A stretch of 64,000 bases of DNA from Myxococcota bacterium (GCA_963676915.2 CAXXVK010000035.1:32001-96000); one strand, 5' to 3'. Shown: positions 52,201 to 58,328, numbered from the stretch's first letter. Translations and numbers: made by a program. The notes: generated by a model from the sequence alone, not told the origin.

Positions 52201-52575
52201 GGTGTTTGCGTATACGAGTTGAATCAGTGTTCCTGTAACGGCGATGCGGATTGCGCACAATACGCCATCCAACACAACTGTTACACCGAAACGGTCTCCT
52301 GTGTCGGAAGCTTCTGTACACAGCAATACGCCTTGGGTAATTCCTGTGACGACGAAAACACCTGTACAAGTGACGATGCCTGTGCAATTTGCGATATTCC
52401 TGCGGAAGAGTGGGAAGAAGGATTGTGCGTCGAAGGAACGGTCATTTGCGAAGGTGAGCCTGTCGATGCAGGAACTCCCTGTGAAGACGAGTACTATTGC
52501 ACGATCAACGATCAATGTGACGGTGAAGGCTATTGCGTGGGTGGTGAACCCAACCCGGCTTGTGAAGAACCGTAA
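37273..52575 (+). CDS. Giant (~5,100 aa) Cys/Asp-rich repeat lipoprotein with two Ig-like (ASH/choice-of-anchor D-like) domains and Dictyostelium CTDC-like repeats
   Basis: Uninterrupted 15.3-kb ORF; GGAGG RBS before MLRRL; lipobox VLWSC; acidic linker; IEFGYVP..IANQG..VRF.P..LVVETND..IPLIGRG-type Ig domain; repeated CDDGNxCTxDxC units. Confidence 0.92.
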   Translation: MLRRLGLITCLLFSFVLWSCEGDLSDAVGDIDIDLDTEIDWPEIDINPDKDVEEIPDVDVDDSTDVDVDPDVDPDLQDTDEIVDVDDDGDDDLDTDEVADEDVIETQGCGQLQVPETFTFQSATVGQIASGLIEITNQPSEGSNGPTVQATQFEFLENPQSVFSIMNVPPVNLPSQTSTSLNVICLMTMPGQYTGRLKVTFGPMACENSRTAEIELVCNSEMAILHTHPKVIEFGYVPQGTSETIEIAIANQGTLNLSIYSEPSVESAVEGVFTLVSDTEHPSVNGSTIEMGNAVVVSIRFQPPEATYYHGALVVETNDSQLALGSTDGHGFYRIPLIGRGIFNCPEGYTHQGKTCLQTNTSGVVTGCIPGTRKCSDEGEAYQVCKDDGTGWEADTFCDEGMECLNGACLWQLCEPGVRRCAGVVEYTCLENGMEYNGGTVCRDTNFCTEDTCEWGKVPSCQYTQVGESLCDDVNPCTVHVCDPIDGCLLDDAATEALNDTPCGDQENQCIGTSLCKSGVCQAGDPVDCDDNNPCTIDDCDPQGGCTHELQNVSCNDLNACTNFDRCKQALSFFCEGQTVPCDPEEAQPCSDGTRCIQALGPVCVGQEVVCDDGIFCTADSCDSDFGCKFEARVDETCDDGNNCTTNDHCTEAKTCVGEAVVFADDGKWCNGTEICDPETGEEGHINVPDCDDGIRCTSDVCDPTLDECVSTPTENYCDDLGECMNSTCDAELGCTYEPADDYTTCDRFPDIDELCFGGVCVRVGCTNNAQCDDGLSCTVDACLPRDDGQPGYICSNIPNDALCDDGQWCNGTETCVPGAGCTEASVQPVCNDDIYCTEDRCNEELDACEFTPLHDRCEDDSECTLDACVEGTGCTHEQKAEGSPCEDGNLCTLNEACWGGICRIQDGVDPVYETCDDGEICTEDFCNPLLGCQFSNNTDPCDDENDCTVQDRCSGGSCRGNTIDPSDGLVCNGSEYCDEYGNLTREPVVCDDSIACTVNSCDDSLGGCVFTPDHSLCDDGNDCTADTCDPIQGCKWTAVGDYAPCSTTDGIGEVCIAGVCTARCDIGDACNDGKSCTVDSCDPATGTCSHLRNDQFCLDLDTSYCDGDDVCLPTAAGADSTTGCIASGTRDCDDGIECTVDSCNETSGCVNSVSSALCNDDNSCTGDVCNRDVGCIHNQLDQVACINDEPCSEPNGVCQAGICISEVTDCNDDNPCTANTCDEEDGCLTEELPNGTYCGSDNDQPMTCLNGVCVVRCTNDDQCLQSDNPCVVGECDQQTSRCILVANDSLCDDGQYCNGVETCDLEEGCVNGTPIDCPDSSECALGICDEEVDACKIDLRHDWCDDFKVCTTDICDIDEGCQYSPNDNPCDDEDICTINDQCSEGECSGEPNPCDDGNACTTGTCQAGVGCVYQPVDCNDDNICTYDFCNPYDTDGDGCYYEENNLPCDDENICTSGDFCSGGECVGTGTTDCSDGNECTEDFCVAGTGCSRTNVQDGTPCGDPDSYDRCHNGLCVSPCESDGECDDGLECTVDVCDLELFICTYIPNSEAGGPCDDGQFCNGIEICQPGVGCVAGEVPTCEDEFECTEDMCSPTENECVHLPMNHLCDDGNICTENQCNPDNGGCEALPIEGRRCSDGEICTVDDVCNDQGVCEGVQRVCDDSNSCTNDYCSPGFGCRNNYLANGTDCGDFGDGQCYGGICLYPCGPDGECTREFECTQVSCNTDTNLCEVTLDHEFCDDGFYCNGEEICSSTLGCVSGMEVVCDDGADCSYDYCDEETDQCRNDIIPLACDDHNPCTVDECLPYVGCQNDEILVGEACEDGNVCTTGEICDEQGVCRAEGDGICDDDNPCTVDTCDPLYADCYYAVVGDGTECDDEDLCTVSDMCSQGLCLGVPRNCDDQNECSADSCDSETGCVNEIIFNKPCDDQDGCTSGTLCFLSGENVPTCGRGNETDCDDGNPCTVDTCDSALGCSNDPVEGFVACGASNEKICVDGQCVPDINCTSNEDCDDGMACTSDFCDMTGGNNTCYYLTNDALCDGYDVCTSPKACIPGVGCIDRDPPNCNDYLDCTLDACDSESGGCTHEPRSNFCNDDNSCTVDYCDTVLGCSTVPLSDVACDDGNACTSGDQCRNGICVPTDFVVCGDQNACTADSCDPVEGCIQEKLTGGFCNDSNACTQNDTCDDGACSGEAIDIDDGNPCTVDSCDPYFGVVHTPVSGNSCDDGNACTPEDRCDAGVCRGLGELDCSDDNPCTRDLCSPDTGCYTVHRNNVPCDDENVCTINEQCVDGECLADEENPENRLNCDDFNPCSIDVCDPINGCDSSDFYSDFTSCDLLEDETEVCMNGSCVAFCLEDAHCDDGYSCTTDSCNTDTNTCVNERNDDVCPDDLFCNGSEICDPTHEETDPVTGCAPVEALDCDDNIICTVDECDEGLDECLHTGINSLCPASFQCIQAICDPSVGCRNEFLSGLSCNDNNPCTTGDVCEQGLCVGEPNLNCNDRNACTRDRCFADAGCSYEPMESGVSCDDDNFCTEYDVCDGAGTCGGVATDCSDTNPCTDDLACDPDIGCLFTPLSGVDCGAPTSCYEGGLCINGECLGTGEMDCDDDDACTFDYCEPGLDCVHERQAGACDDGNACTIADVCTESGCLGTTITCDDDNDCTSDSCDPEQGCVYSNLQDGHYCGEGAAGICESGLCRMSCQNPAECADDNPCTTEGCVDGRCKYEINPVAVLECPGYNNEYCDGEVYCDLIKGCVTTVVDCDDGIDCTVDTCNEIQRCYSVPNSSLCDDGNPCTSDGCSVEEGGCFHTPLTGITCDTGNACMINGICQEGLCVGEQLNCQETPADNPCTRNYCDPLEGCQEEILVGRSCSDNNICTSLDYCNQNAECVGANTQNCDDSNPCTQDSCDPQLGCVWEILQGAPCEDGNPCTLDGYCDDFANCVSRTDIECDDNNNCTGPDSCEGGLCVYPPINGGNCTDLNGVQGVCQSGFCQVGCQSAADCDDGIDCTVDSCDEANKCHHEFDDSACDDGNSCNGAESCSTAGCQSGIAIVCDDETECTTDSCDPETGDCTFAPNHILCDDGNSCTANICKSGQGCIVEVKVDQPCDDGDECTTTDRCVLDRCEGVVSVDCDDDKECTADYCSEGECQHVPVQGDCLNENNLCYEYEGTCVDGECVAEAFDCDDGNPCTVDSCDPEIGCVSDFEPNGTSCDDGLDCTVGDFCSSGVCVGGPEMECPYQECRVGQCNEETGECDYSEWLPDEAWCDDGNPCTLGDRCWEGACQAGSTSLDCDDQDPCTTDTCDGTGCHNIPDPRTNGTACDIGYLDKGTCQAGQCVVLCDVDADCTDLIDCTVNERCVDCEAGEEWCGGSGSKYCEFDTDDSQCQSGGDCGGGEYCNVFTGCWPLQAIDCDDGVDCTTDSCTGNEDEPCQYVPNNSLCDDDDPCTVDLCQNADIANGIAGGCVHEPAENGIECESTNACVVNSTCYNGVCSGELLDCADDNPCTQDVCDSALGCTYYSLDGYACDDGDPCTIDTECFNRQCVGGTANTCDDDNPCTDEVCEAGVGCVFTNNTDPCDDDDICSLGDTCTNGVCLPTDFNNCDTDDACLEGICIPGRGCAYEAVLGLCDDGNKCTTGDSCECVGATCESAQCVGSGVIDPDDNQQCTVDYCDPETGVYHEKLPDNTTCDDGNMCTLEDICFDGTCRSGMARDCDDLNPCTVDSCDTTVGCVNDPIADFTDCGGGRVCFNGLCENFCQNDTECEDGFSCTVDRCDNLTHICTRTLDHEYCDNQQVCDGVETCSGTQGCIDGDPLYCNDGIACTTDLCDNSTGCYFVPNDLLCEDNEVCTTDICSTELGCIYEGVAAGQVVPCDDGNLCTGPQDYCQGSVCVGETKDCDDNNFCTTDSCDPLTGLCERTVDTGIPCDDGDYCTVNDRCAMEDNQVVCLGEEMDCHESPDNPCTQDTCINGSCFYTELSGIPCDDFNPCTLDDRCTGSICMGSEMECPDNDILCKYTICDPASGECTLTIDEADNSPCRHPNLCIQDEVCVSGECVGDEIVCEDNPDQCMKLACEPDVGVCMPAPDVGAECDDDNTCTSNDVCDEEGICVGDLLDCNDHNPCTADLCIHEEGCTYEEDNSGEYCSNNGQECSILYMCSSGHCQNGFCCAQGDCCLVADDCPDSYNSDPVCNDEESCSGRRGVKTCNSFNQCFTEWIEDDSACYCDTFDNDGVACTENTQCDSGHCQNGFCCSGGDCCSAASDCPESYDTGAVCDSPSFCQGHLGEKACNDRNQCFTRLSDDDSACDATVEQDCGYFAGHACNGDVEQDPFICEDRCTNAEDCSASAQCVEVTVAESELTENVCMANCLSYTCGFGMCDWLWMEDNEVCMCLVDSDCGDDGNLCNGSPECIDNICVHSEENIVVCDDPAEVDNPCADYECNEQTGSCEWVYYDGSYCDDGQTCTSGDVCLEGRCVPQDSYNCECENNMDCAFLAEVDRCKRFECVQIPSGETETIGACQEVDSVLTCPDPPSACASYECDSTTGGCKLTLLPVGEACDDGLDGTEGDACDSQGECHGSITPLLTPCYFNSDCAHLEDGNLCNGTPMCVGNYGEQKYCVESGIQVTCGRLDETILGDCSTYECNPATGKCEMFAVEDGTSCEDSISCTVGDTCFQGVCIGTATPDCACNVDEDCNAVTDTNLCNGTLHCVDGACQHDPATLFNPGTACDFDLNDSCYSYTCNRATGECEKYDEQPEGTSCSLQDICADRESEVGVCENGQCTREMTGCPCLPEDGYTDPPPDYDGEFEAADPSTWTYCHFYEDQNPCNGAYQCVDEYCVKVDDPVVCNQPESPCLYAECNSSTGTCDTFALDDGTRCDDGNTCTLYDQCQSGQCIGTWTNRCDCTGNDDCATADDGNYCNGFERLCDPETKRCVSDPTTAVTCPTPDDPCRPLVCDPDTGLCNPEFLENGASCADSNACTINERCWDGVCVYELNQCSCNGDADCAQYAIQHNCYTETVSCVGSFCTQQYALGNSCDDENTCTSDDACAICDIPAEEWEEGLCVEGTVICEGEPVDAGTPCEDEYYCTINDQCDGEGYCVGGEPNPACEEP

Positions 52576-52602
52576 GCCGCGTGTTGCCTAAAGTCCTTCC
52601 GG

Positions 52603-52637
52603 ACCGCCTTCCGCTTCATGCGGAAGGCGGTTTTTTA
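52603..52637 (+). terminator. Intrinsic terminator after the giant lipoprotein gene
   Basis: ACCGCCTTCCGC-ttcat-GCGGAAGGCGGT followed by a T-tract. Confidence 0.85.
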
Positions 52638-52666
52638 TCCATTTCCTACCGAAACGTTCCAATTTC

Positions 52667-53707
52667 ATGCAACTCGATCTTTTTCACTACGAATTACCCA
52701 CAGAACTGATCGCCCAACAACCGGTGGAACGTAGGGACGAAAGCCGGTTGATGGTTTTGGAGAAAAGTGCATCCGCTCCCATCCATAGGAAATTTCCCAA
52801 GCTGCTTGATTTTCTCCGGTCGGGGGATCTTCTTGTGATGAACGATACCCGCGTGTTTCCTGCACGCCTGGTCGGAAAAAAAACGACGGGAGGAAAAGCC
52901 GAAATTCTGCTCGTCCATCCATTGGAGCAACCCGGTTGCTGGGAAGCTATCGTCAAAGGTGTGAGTAAAATTCCCGAAGGCGGCGAAGTGCTTTTACCAG
53001 GGGATCGAAAAATGATCCTGGGCCAGCGTTTGTCTCCCAAGACCCGTGTTGTCGAGTGGAAGGAATCGATTTCCTTGCTGGACTATGCAGAAGAGTACGG
53101 AAAAATCCCATTGCCTCCCTACATTCGCCGGGAAGACGATTCCCGACGGGCGGAAGATCGTCAACGCTACCAGACGGTGTATGCAAAACATATCGGAGCG
53201 GTGGCAGCTCCGACGGCGGGTCTGCATTTCACAGACAGTATGTTGAAAGCTTTGGAGCACAAAGGTGTCCGTCAGGCCAAGGTGACTCTGCATGTAGGTC
53301 CGGGAACATTTTTACCCTTGGAAGATGAAAACCTGCGCTTGGGAAAACTGCACAAAGAATGGTTCGAAGTACCAAGAGCTACGATAGAAGCGATTCAAAA
53401 CACTCGGGAGAGTGGCGGACGGGTGGTCGCCGTTGGTACGACAACCATGCGTTCGCTGGAATCTCTACCGGATCATTCGTACGAGAATGGCTACACAGGA
53501 TGGACCGAGCTGTTTATCCGTCCAGGATTCCGCTTTCGGTTCGTCGATGCCCTCGTAACGAACTTTCATTTGCCTGAATCGTCCCTTTTGATGCTGGTTT
53601 GCGCGTTTTCAGGCAGGGAACGGGTCGTGAAGGCGTACGAGGAAGCCGTGAGAGAGCGGTACCGGTTTTTCTCTTACGGTGATGCTTGTTTCTTCGAGAA
53701 AGCGTAG
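52667..53707 (+). CDS. queA: S-adenosylmethionine:tRNA ribosyltransferase-isomerase
   Basis: LIAQQP, NDTRVFPARL, PLPPYIRR, YQTVYA..GAVAAPTAGLHF, LHVGPGTF, AVGTT, TNFHLPES, YRFFSYGDA. Confidence 0.97.
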   Translation: MQLDLFHYELPTELIAQQPVERRDESRLMVLEKSASAPIHRKFPKLLDFLRSGDLLVMNDTRVFPARLVGKKTTGGKAEILLVHPLEQPGCWEAIVKGVSKIPEGGEVLLPGDRKMILGQRLSPKTRVVEWKESISLLDYAEEYGKIPLPPYIRREDDSRRAEDRQRYQTVYAKHIGAVAAPTAGLHFTDSMLKALEHKGVRQAKVTLHVGPGTFLPLEDENLRLGKLHKEWFEVPRATIEAIQNTRESGGRVVAVGTTTMRSLESLPDHSYENGYTGWTELFIRPGFRFRFVDALVTNFHLPESSLLMLVCAFSGRERVVKAYEEAVRERYRFFSYGDACFFEKA

Positions 53708-53728
53708 AAGCCATCGAAAACATCTCGC

Positions 53729-53793
53729 GTAGGTCGGGCAAATTTCTTGCCCGACAATGACAAAGTGTCGGGCTAAAAATTAGCCCGACCTAC
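53729..53793. repeat. REPIN: two inverted GTAG REPs
   Basis: GTAGGTCGGGCAAATTTCTTGCCCGACA ... TGTCGGGCTAAAAATTAGCCCGACCTAC. Confidence 0.85.
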
Positions 53794-53798
53794 GTTTT

Positions 53799-53979
53799 TA
53801 ACCCGCATTATTCATGAAGAATCTACTACGACTTAAAAACTCCTGATCTTTCACTCGTTTCCCGATTTTTTATACTCAACATACTATCAAGTATGCTTCC
53901 GTTAAAAAATCGCTCCAACCTCTTGAAATATCTTCGGTTTTCGGCGTCTCGTGACGATCCTCATGAATAATGCGGGTTA
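53799..53979 (-). mobile_element. ~180-bp MITE-like palindromic element, copy 3 (inverted)
   Basis: Perfect TA-flanked TIRs TAACCCGCATTATTCATGA / TCATGAATAATGCGGGTTA; reverse complement matches copy 1. Confidence 0.85.
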
Positions 53980-54016
53980 AGAAAATATAAATAAAATCAA
54001 TTTGTTACAAACAAAT

Positions 54017-54048
54017 AAAAAAGGCCGCCTTCACTGAAGGCGGCCTTT
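54017..54048 (-). terminator. Intrinsic terminator after etfA
   Basis: AAAGGCCGCCTTCA-c-TGAAGGCGGCCTTT preceded by an A-tract (U-tract on the minus strand). Confidence 0.8.
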
Positions 54049-54068
54049 GACGTTCTAGCAGGAAAATC

Positions 54069-55031
54069 TTAGCCTTTGGCGGCCTGGATTTTTTCCGTCA
54101 GTTCGGGCAGGACGTTGAACAGGTCAGCCACGATACCGTAATCGGCCACGGAGAAGATCTGGGCTTCTTCGTCTTTGTTCACGGCTACGATGACTTTCGA
54201 GTCCTTCATACCGGCGAGGTGCTGGATGGCTCCGGAGAGTCCAACGGCGAAATACAGGCCGGGAGCCACGGTTTTACCGGTTTGGCCGACCTGATAGTCG
54301 TTGTGAATCCATCCGGCATCGACAACAGCGCGGGTAGCGCCGATGGCTGCGCCGAAGGTATCGGCCAGCTTCTCGATGATGGGCAGATTCTCGGGATCTT
54401 TGATTCCACGTCCGAAGCTGACGATGACTTCGGCTTCGGTCAGCGGCGGGCGATCGGAAACGACTTCGTCGAATTCGACGAAGGTTTTGCGCAGGGAACC
54501 GAGATCGAAAGCGGTGTCGATTTTTTCGACGTCGCTGTCACCGGATTCCGAGATGGGATCGAAAGCCGTACCACGGACGGTGACGATTTTCACGTCGGTG
54601 TCGATGGCCACTTCGGCGGTGATGTTTCCGGCGTAGATCGGGCGCAGGAAGTTTCCGGCATCGGTGACGCCGAGGATATCGCAAGCCATACCGGCCTGGT
54701 ATTTACCAGCCAGACGGGACATGACGGCTTTGCCTTGCGTGGAAGCAGCGGCGACCAGCACGGTGGCTCCGGCTTTTTCTTTCACTTCGGCCACGGCTTC
54801 GGCCCAGGACTCGTCGAAGTAGTTGTCGAATTTCGCATCGTCGGCAACGTAGACTTTGCGAGCGCCCAGTTTGGCGGCTTTGGCGGCGGTGTCGTCAAGG
54901 CCGTTTCCGACGATCACGATGTCGTAGTCCACTCCGAGTTTTTCGGCAATGGCTTTACCGCCGTTGACGGTCACGAGAGCGCCTTTACCCAGCGCACCCT
55001 TTTTATGTTCAGCAAGAATCAAAACGGACAT
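54069..55031 (-). CDS. etfA: Electron transfer flavoprotein alpha subunit
   Basis: [56 protein letters not shown]. Confidence 0.96.
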   Translation of the reverse strand: MSVLILAEHKKGALGKGALVTVNGGKAIAEKLGVDYDIVIVGNGLDDTAAKAAKLGARKVYVADDAKFDNYFDESWAEAVAEVKEKAGATVLVAAASTQGKAVMSRLAGKYQAGMACDILGVTDAGNFLRPIYAGNITAEVAIDTDVKIVTVRGTAFDPISESGDSDVEKIDTAFDLGSLRKTFVEFDEVVSDRPPLTEAEVIVSFGRGIKDPENLPIIEKLADTFGAAIGATRAVVDAGWIHNDYQVGQTGKTVAPGLYFAVGLSGAIQHLAGMKDSKVIVAVNKDEEAQIFSVADYGIVADLFNVLPELTEKIQAAKG

Positions 55032-55066
55032 TTGAATCCTCCTTGGGATGGCGTTTCGTAATCGAG

Positions 55067-55810
55067 TTACAGAACCTTGGCTTCGTCGCGAAGTTTGGCA
55101 ACCAATTCGTCCACGTCTTTGACGATGACGCCGGCAGCACGCTCGGGAGGAGCGGTCATGGCGACGATGCGGGTCTTGGGCGTTTCATCCACACCGAGAT
55201 CGGCGGGAGAAAGCGTCTCGATTTTTTTCTTTTTGGCCTTCATGATGTTGGGAAGGCTGGTGTAGCGCGGCTCGTTGAGGCGCAGGTCACAGGTGATTAC
55301 AGCGGGAAGCGTCATGTCGACCGTTTCCAGTCCGCCATCCACTTCGCGGGTCACGGTGACTTTGTCGCCATCGACATCCACTTTGCTGGCGTAGCAGGCC
55401 TGGGGCCAGCCCATCATCTCGGCAAGGATCTGTCCGGCTTGTCCGGCGTCGTTATCGGTGGACTGTTTGCCCATGATCACGAGGTCAGGCTGTTCGCGCT
55501 CGACGATTTTCGCCAGAATGTAGGCGCCGTCGTCTTCTTCGGTGTTCGCAGTCAGGCATTGGATACCGCTGATGGCACCCATGGCCAACATTTTGCGGAT
55601 CTGCGTCTGGGAAGCTTTCTCTCCCACACACATCACGATGACATCGCCACCCGTCTTTTTGGTGATGCGAAGAGCTTCTTCGCAGGCGATCTCGTCGAAG
55701 TAGTTCGGAACCCACTTCATGCCGTCGTTGCTGATGGTTTTTCCGTCATCACCGATTTTGGCTTTGATGTCCGGATCCGGCACTTGCTTACAGCTAACCA
55801 GAATTTTCAT
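55067..55810 (-). CDS. etfB: Electron transfer flavoprotein beta subunit
   Basis: CKQVPD, EEALR, LAMGA, GKQSTDND, REVDGG, LNEPRY..LPNIMKAKKK. Confidence 0.95.
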   Translation of the reverse strand: MKILVSCKQVPDPDIKAKIGDDGKTISNDGMKWVPNYFDEIACEEALRITKKTGGDVIVMCVGEKASQTQIRKMLAMGAISGIQCLTANTEEDDGAYILAKIVEREQPDLVIMGKQSTDNDAGQAGQILAEMMGWPQACYASKVDVDGDKVTVTREVDGGLETVDMTLPAVITCDLRLNEPRYTSLPNIMKAKKKKIETLSPADLGVDETPKTRIVAMTAPPERAAGVIVKDVDELVAKLRDEAKVL

Positions 55811-56004
55811 TTCTCCTCCTTAGTGCTCGTTTCGATTGAAGGGAAACCGGGCGAAAACAGTTACATTGCGTTCGCAATTTCACCATATAAAAATGCCATT
55901 AGGCAAGGTTAAAGGGATACCTAACATTGCAATGGCGACTTGTCCAGAAGAAATTTTGAAATCCTATAATTGTCATGGGCGCCACGTTGAGATGTTCATA
56001 TCCT

Positions 56005-56637
56005 TTACGGTTTTGGAAGCTGCGATAGATCGTTCCAAATCCCGCGCAAAAAGAACTCGGACAACTCGTCAACAACACCTTCAATGGAATATTTATTATG
56101 TTTATTACTTAAAACAAAAAGCACCGAGATTTCGTCCATCATGCCGAAAAGGGCGCGTTTCATCAGTCCGGGAGAAACGTCTTGACGAATCAATCCCAGG
56201 TCTTTTCCTTCTTTCAACAAATCTCCCAAAACCTGCAAATAACTGTGAAATTGCTTGTTCTGGTATTCTTTCATAAACATCGTCGATTGACGCAACTCGA
56301 TGGTGATGATTTCGATCAGGTCGGGGTCTTCGCGAAGCAGACGAAAGTGAAGTTGGATGACGGCCCGGATTTTATCGGCGAGATTGTCGATGGTTTCCAA
56401 CTCTTTTCGAAGAATGCCGATCAACATCCGCATGCGATCTTCGAAAAGCGAAATTAAAATATCGTCTTTGTTGTGGAAATACAGATAGATCGTGCCGTCG
56501 GCGACATTGGCTTCTTTGGCGATCTGAGCCACCTTGGAGTTGTGGAAGCCGTTTTTCGCAAAGATCTTCTGGGCGGCGGCGAGAATTCTGTAGTATTTTT
56601 CGCCTTTTTCCCCTTGGTTTGCCGCAGCCCTTGGCAT
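56005..56637 (-). CDS. TetR-family regulator, FadR/YsiA-like (fatty-acid degradation)
   Basis: ILAAAQKIFAKNGF..VAQIAKEANVADGTIYLYFHNKDDILISLF; ELRQS; upstream of etfBA; start at MPRAA. Confidence 0.9.
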   Translation of the reverse strand: MPRAAANQGEKGEKYYRILAAAQKIFAKNGFHNSKVAQIAKEANVADGTIYLYFHNKDDILISLFEDRMRMLIGILRKELETIDNLADKIRAVIQLHFRLLREDPDLIEIITIELRQSTMFMKEYQNKQFHSYLQVLGDLLKEGKDLGLIRQDVSPGLMKRALFGMMDEISVLFVLSNKHNKYSIEGVVDELSEFFLRGIWNDLSQLPKP

Positions 56638-56673
56638 GTTGAAACTCCGTCTGAAACACGATGTACGGAAAAA

Positions 56674-56691
56674 TGAATGAACCATCATTCA
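56674..56691. promoter_or_regulatory. FadR (YsiA)-type operator
   Basis: Perfect palindrome TGAATGA-acca-TCATTCA matching the B. subtilis FadR box, just downstream of the predicted promoter. Confidence 0.75.
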
Positions 56692-56699
56692 CAATACTG

Positions 56700-56728
56700 T
56701 TTGTACCATTGCCACCCCACAGTGTCAA
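56700..56728 (-). promoter_or_regulatory. Putative sigma70 promoter for the TetR gene
   Basis: Minus strand TTGACA-17 bp-TACAAA with an extended TG. Confidence 0.5.
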
Positions 56729-56908
56729 GGTTCGAAAAATTTCTATTATCAGGTTCTTTGGGGTTGATTTTCGCTTTGTTTCTATGGCTTGTCGGAAGCA
56801 GGAAAGGAAGAATCTCCAACCCGTACCGAAAAGGCAGCATGATTTTTTGTCGGTAAAACTCGTTGATCGAGCGGTTTTCACCAGGCACTTTTCTAAGACG
56901 ATTCCCTT

Positions 56909-56934
56909 TGTCGGGTGAAAATCACCCGACCTAC
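56909..56934 (-). repeat. GTAG-type REP
   Basis: TGTCGGGTGAAAATCACCCGACCTAC (reverse complement starts GTAG). Confidence 0.8.
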
Positions 56935-57071
56935 CCTGTGAATCAATTTTTTCCAGAAAGACAGCCTTTTACACTCTCGGCAAAGCACGAGAAAAATCAT
57001 GATTGCATGATTGTTCGTTAGCGGATAAAGTTTGGAACGATTTTTTTCTACTTTTGATAGGAGTTTTTACG

Positions 57072-58328
57072 ATGTTCGATCACTTGTTGGATCAGGAAAC
57101 ACGAAAACTTAGAGACGAAACACGCGCCTTCGTTAAAAGTATTCCTCGGCAGATGATTCTGGACATGGATCAGGATAAAATCCTCTTCCCAAAAGAATTT
57201 CTTCAGGAAGCGGGACGTCTCAACCTGATGGGTGCCCGATATCCCAAACAGTGGGGCGGACGTGGCCTGGATTGGGTGGCCACAGCGACGACGGTCGAAG
57301 AAATCGGAACTTTGGGATACATTTTCGCCTGTGTTTTCGGTGTCGGGGCGGAGTTGGTTTGCGATGCGATCATCCAGCACGGTACCGATGCGCAAAAGGA
57401 AAAGTACGTCAAACCTCTGCTAAAGGGCGATATCTTCGCCGCCGAATGCCTGACCGAACCCCGTGGAGGCTCGGACTTTTTCGGTACAACGACCACAGCC
57501 GAGAAAAAAGACGGCTATTACCTGCTCAATGGTCAGAAGCGGTTTATCGTTGGTGCGGAAGGCGCGGATTATTTTCTCGTCTACGCCAAAACCAATCCGA
57601 ACGCCAAACCCCACGAATCTCTCACCTGCTTTATCGTCGATCGTTCTGCCGGTGTAAACGTGGAATATCTTTACGGATTGATGGGATGCCGTGGTGGTGG
57701 TGCCGGACGACTGGTGTTCAAAGACGTAAAAGTTCCTGAAGAAAACATCGTCGGAAAACTCGATGGTGCATACGCCGTATTCAACACGATGATGATCCCG
57801 GAACGACTGGGAACGGCTGCGATGACGGTGGGCGCGGCGCGTCCGGCTCTGGATATCGCCACACGGTATTCCACGCGACGCAAGGCGTTCGGCCAGGTAA
57901 TTGCGCAGTTCCAGGGCGTTAGCTTCCAGGTGGCCGAAGCCGCTATGTTGCTGGATGCCGCACGGTCGTTGGTTTATACTACCTGCCGCGCCGTGGATGA
58001 AAACGTTCCTACCAATCGCGTGCGTCGCATGGTGTCGGAAACGAAAAAATTCGTTACCGAATCTTGTCAGAAGGTCGTGCATCACGCGATGCAGGTTATG
58101 GGTGGAATCGGCTACACCAATGTTTATCCCGTCGAGCGCATGGCTCGCGATCTTCGCTTGTCGAGCATCTGGACCGGAACCAACGAAGTGATGGCGATGA
58201 TCATCGCCAGCGAGTGGTACAAGGAACAAGCAAAACTTCCCGAAGCGATGCGTCGTCGCGACATGGAAAACGACGCGGAAGAAGCCTTTGTCGACGGCGA
58301 GAAGATTTTCGACGCTTCCGATCAATAA
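57072..58328 (+). CDS. Acyl-CoA dehydrogenase
   Basis: LTEPRGGSD, YLLNGQKRFI, RKAFGQ.IAQFQGV, QVMGGIGY, RDLR..IWTGTNEV. Confidence 0.93.
   Translation: MFDHLLDQETRKLRDETRAFVKSIPRQMILDMDQDKILFPKEFLQEAGRLNLMGARYPKQWGGRGLDWVATATTVEEIGTLGYIFACVFGVGAELVCDAIIQHGTDAQKEKYVKPLLKGDIFAAECLTEPRGGSDFFGTTTTAEKKDGYYLLNGQKRFIVGAEGADYFLVYAKTNPNAKPHESLTCFIVDRSAGVNVEYLYGLMGCRGGGAGRLVFKDVKVPEENIVGKLDGAYAVFNTMMIPERLGTAAMTVGAARPALDIATRYSTRRKAFGQVIAQFQGVSFQVAEAAMLLDAARSLVYTTCRAVDENVPTNRVRRMVSETKKFVTESCQKVVHHAMQVMGGIGYTNVYPVERMARDLRLSSIWTGTNEVMAMIIASEWYKEQAKLPEAMRRRDMENDAEEAFVDGEKIFDASDQ

Noticed and set aside
37273-52575. CRISPR array, VNTR or DGR template/variable repeats in the repetitive region
   Set aside because: Repeats are at protein level with synonymous divergence; no identical DNA repeats with spacers, no adenine-specific pair, no RT or cas genes
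55865-55878. Palindrome ATTGCG-TT-CGCAAT upstream of etfB as an operator
   Set aside because: Short, single occurrence and unlike the FadR box; could be chance
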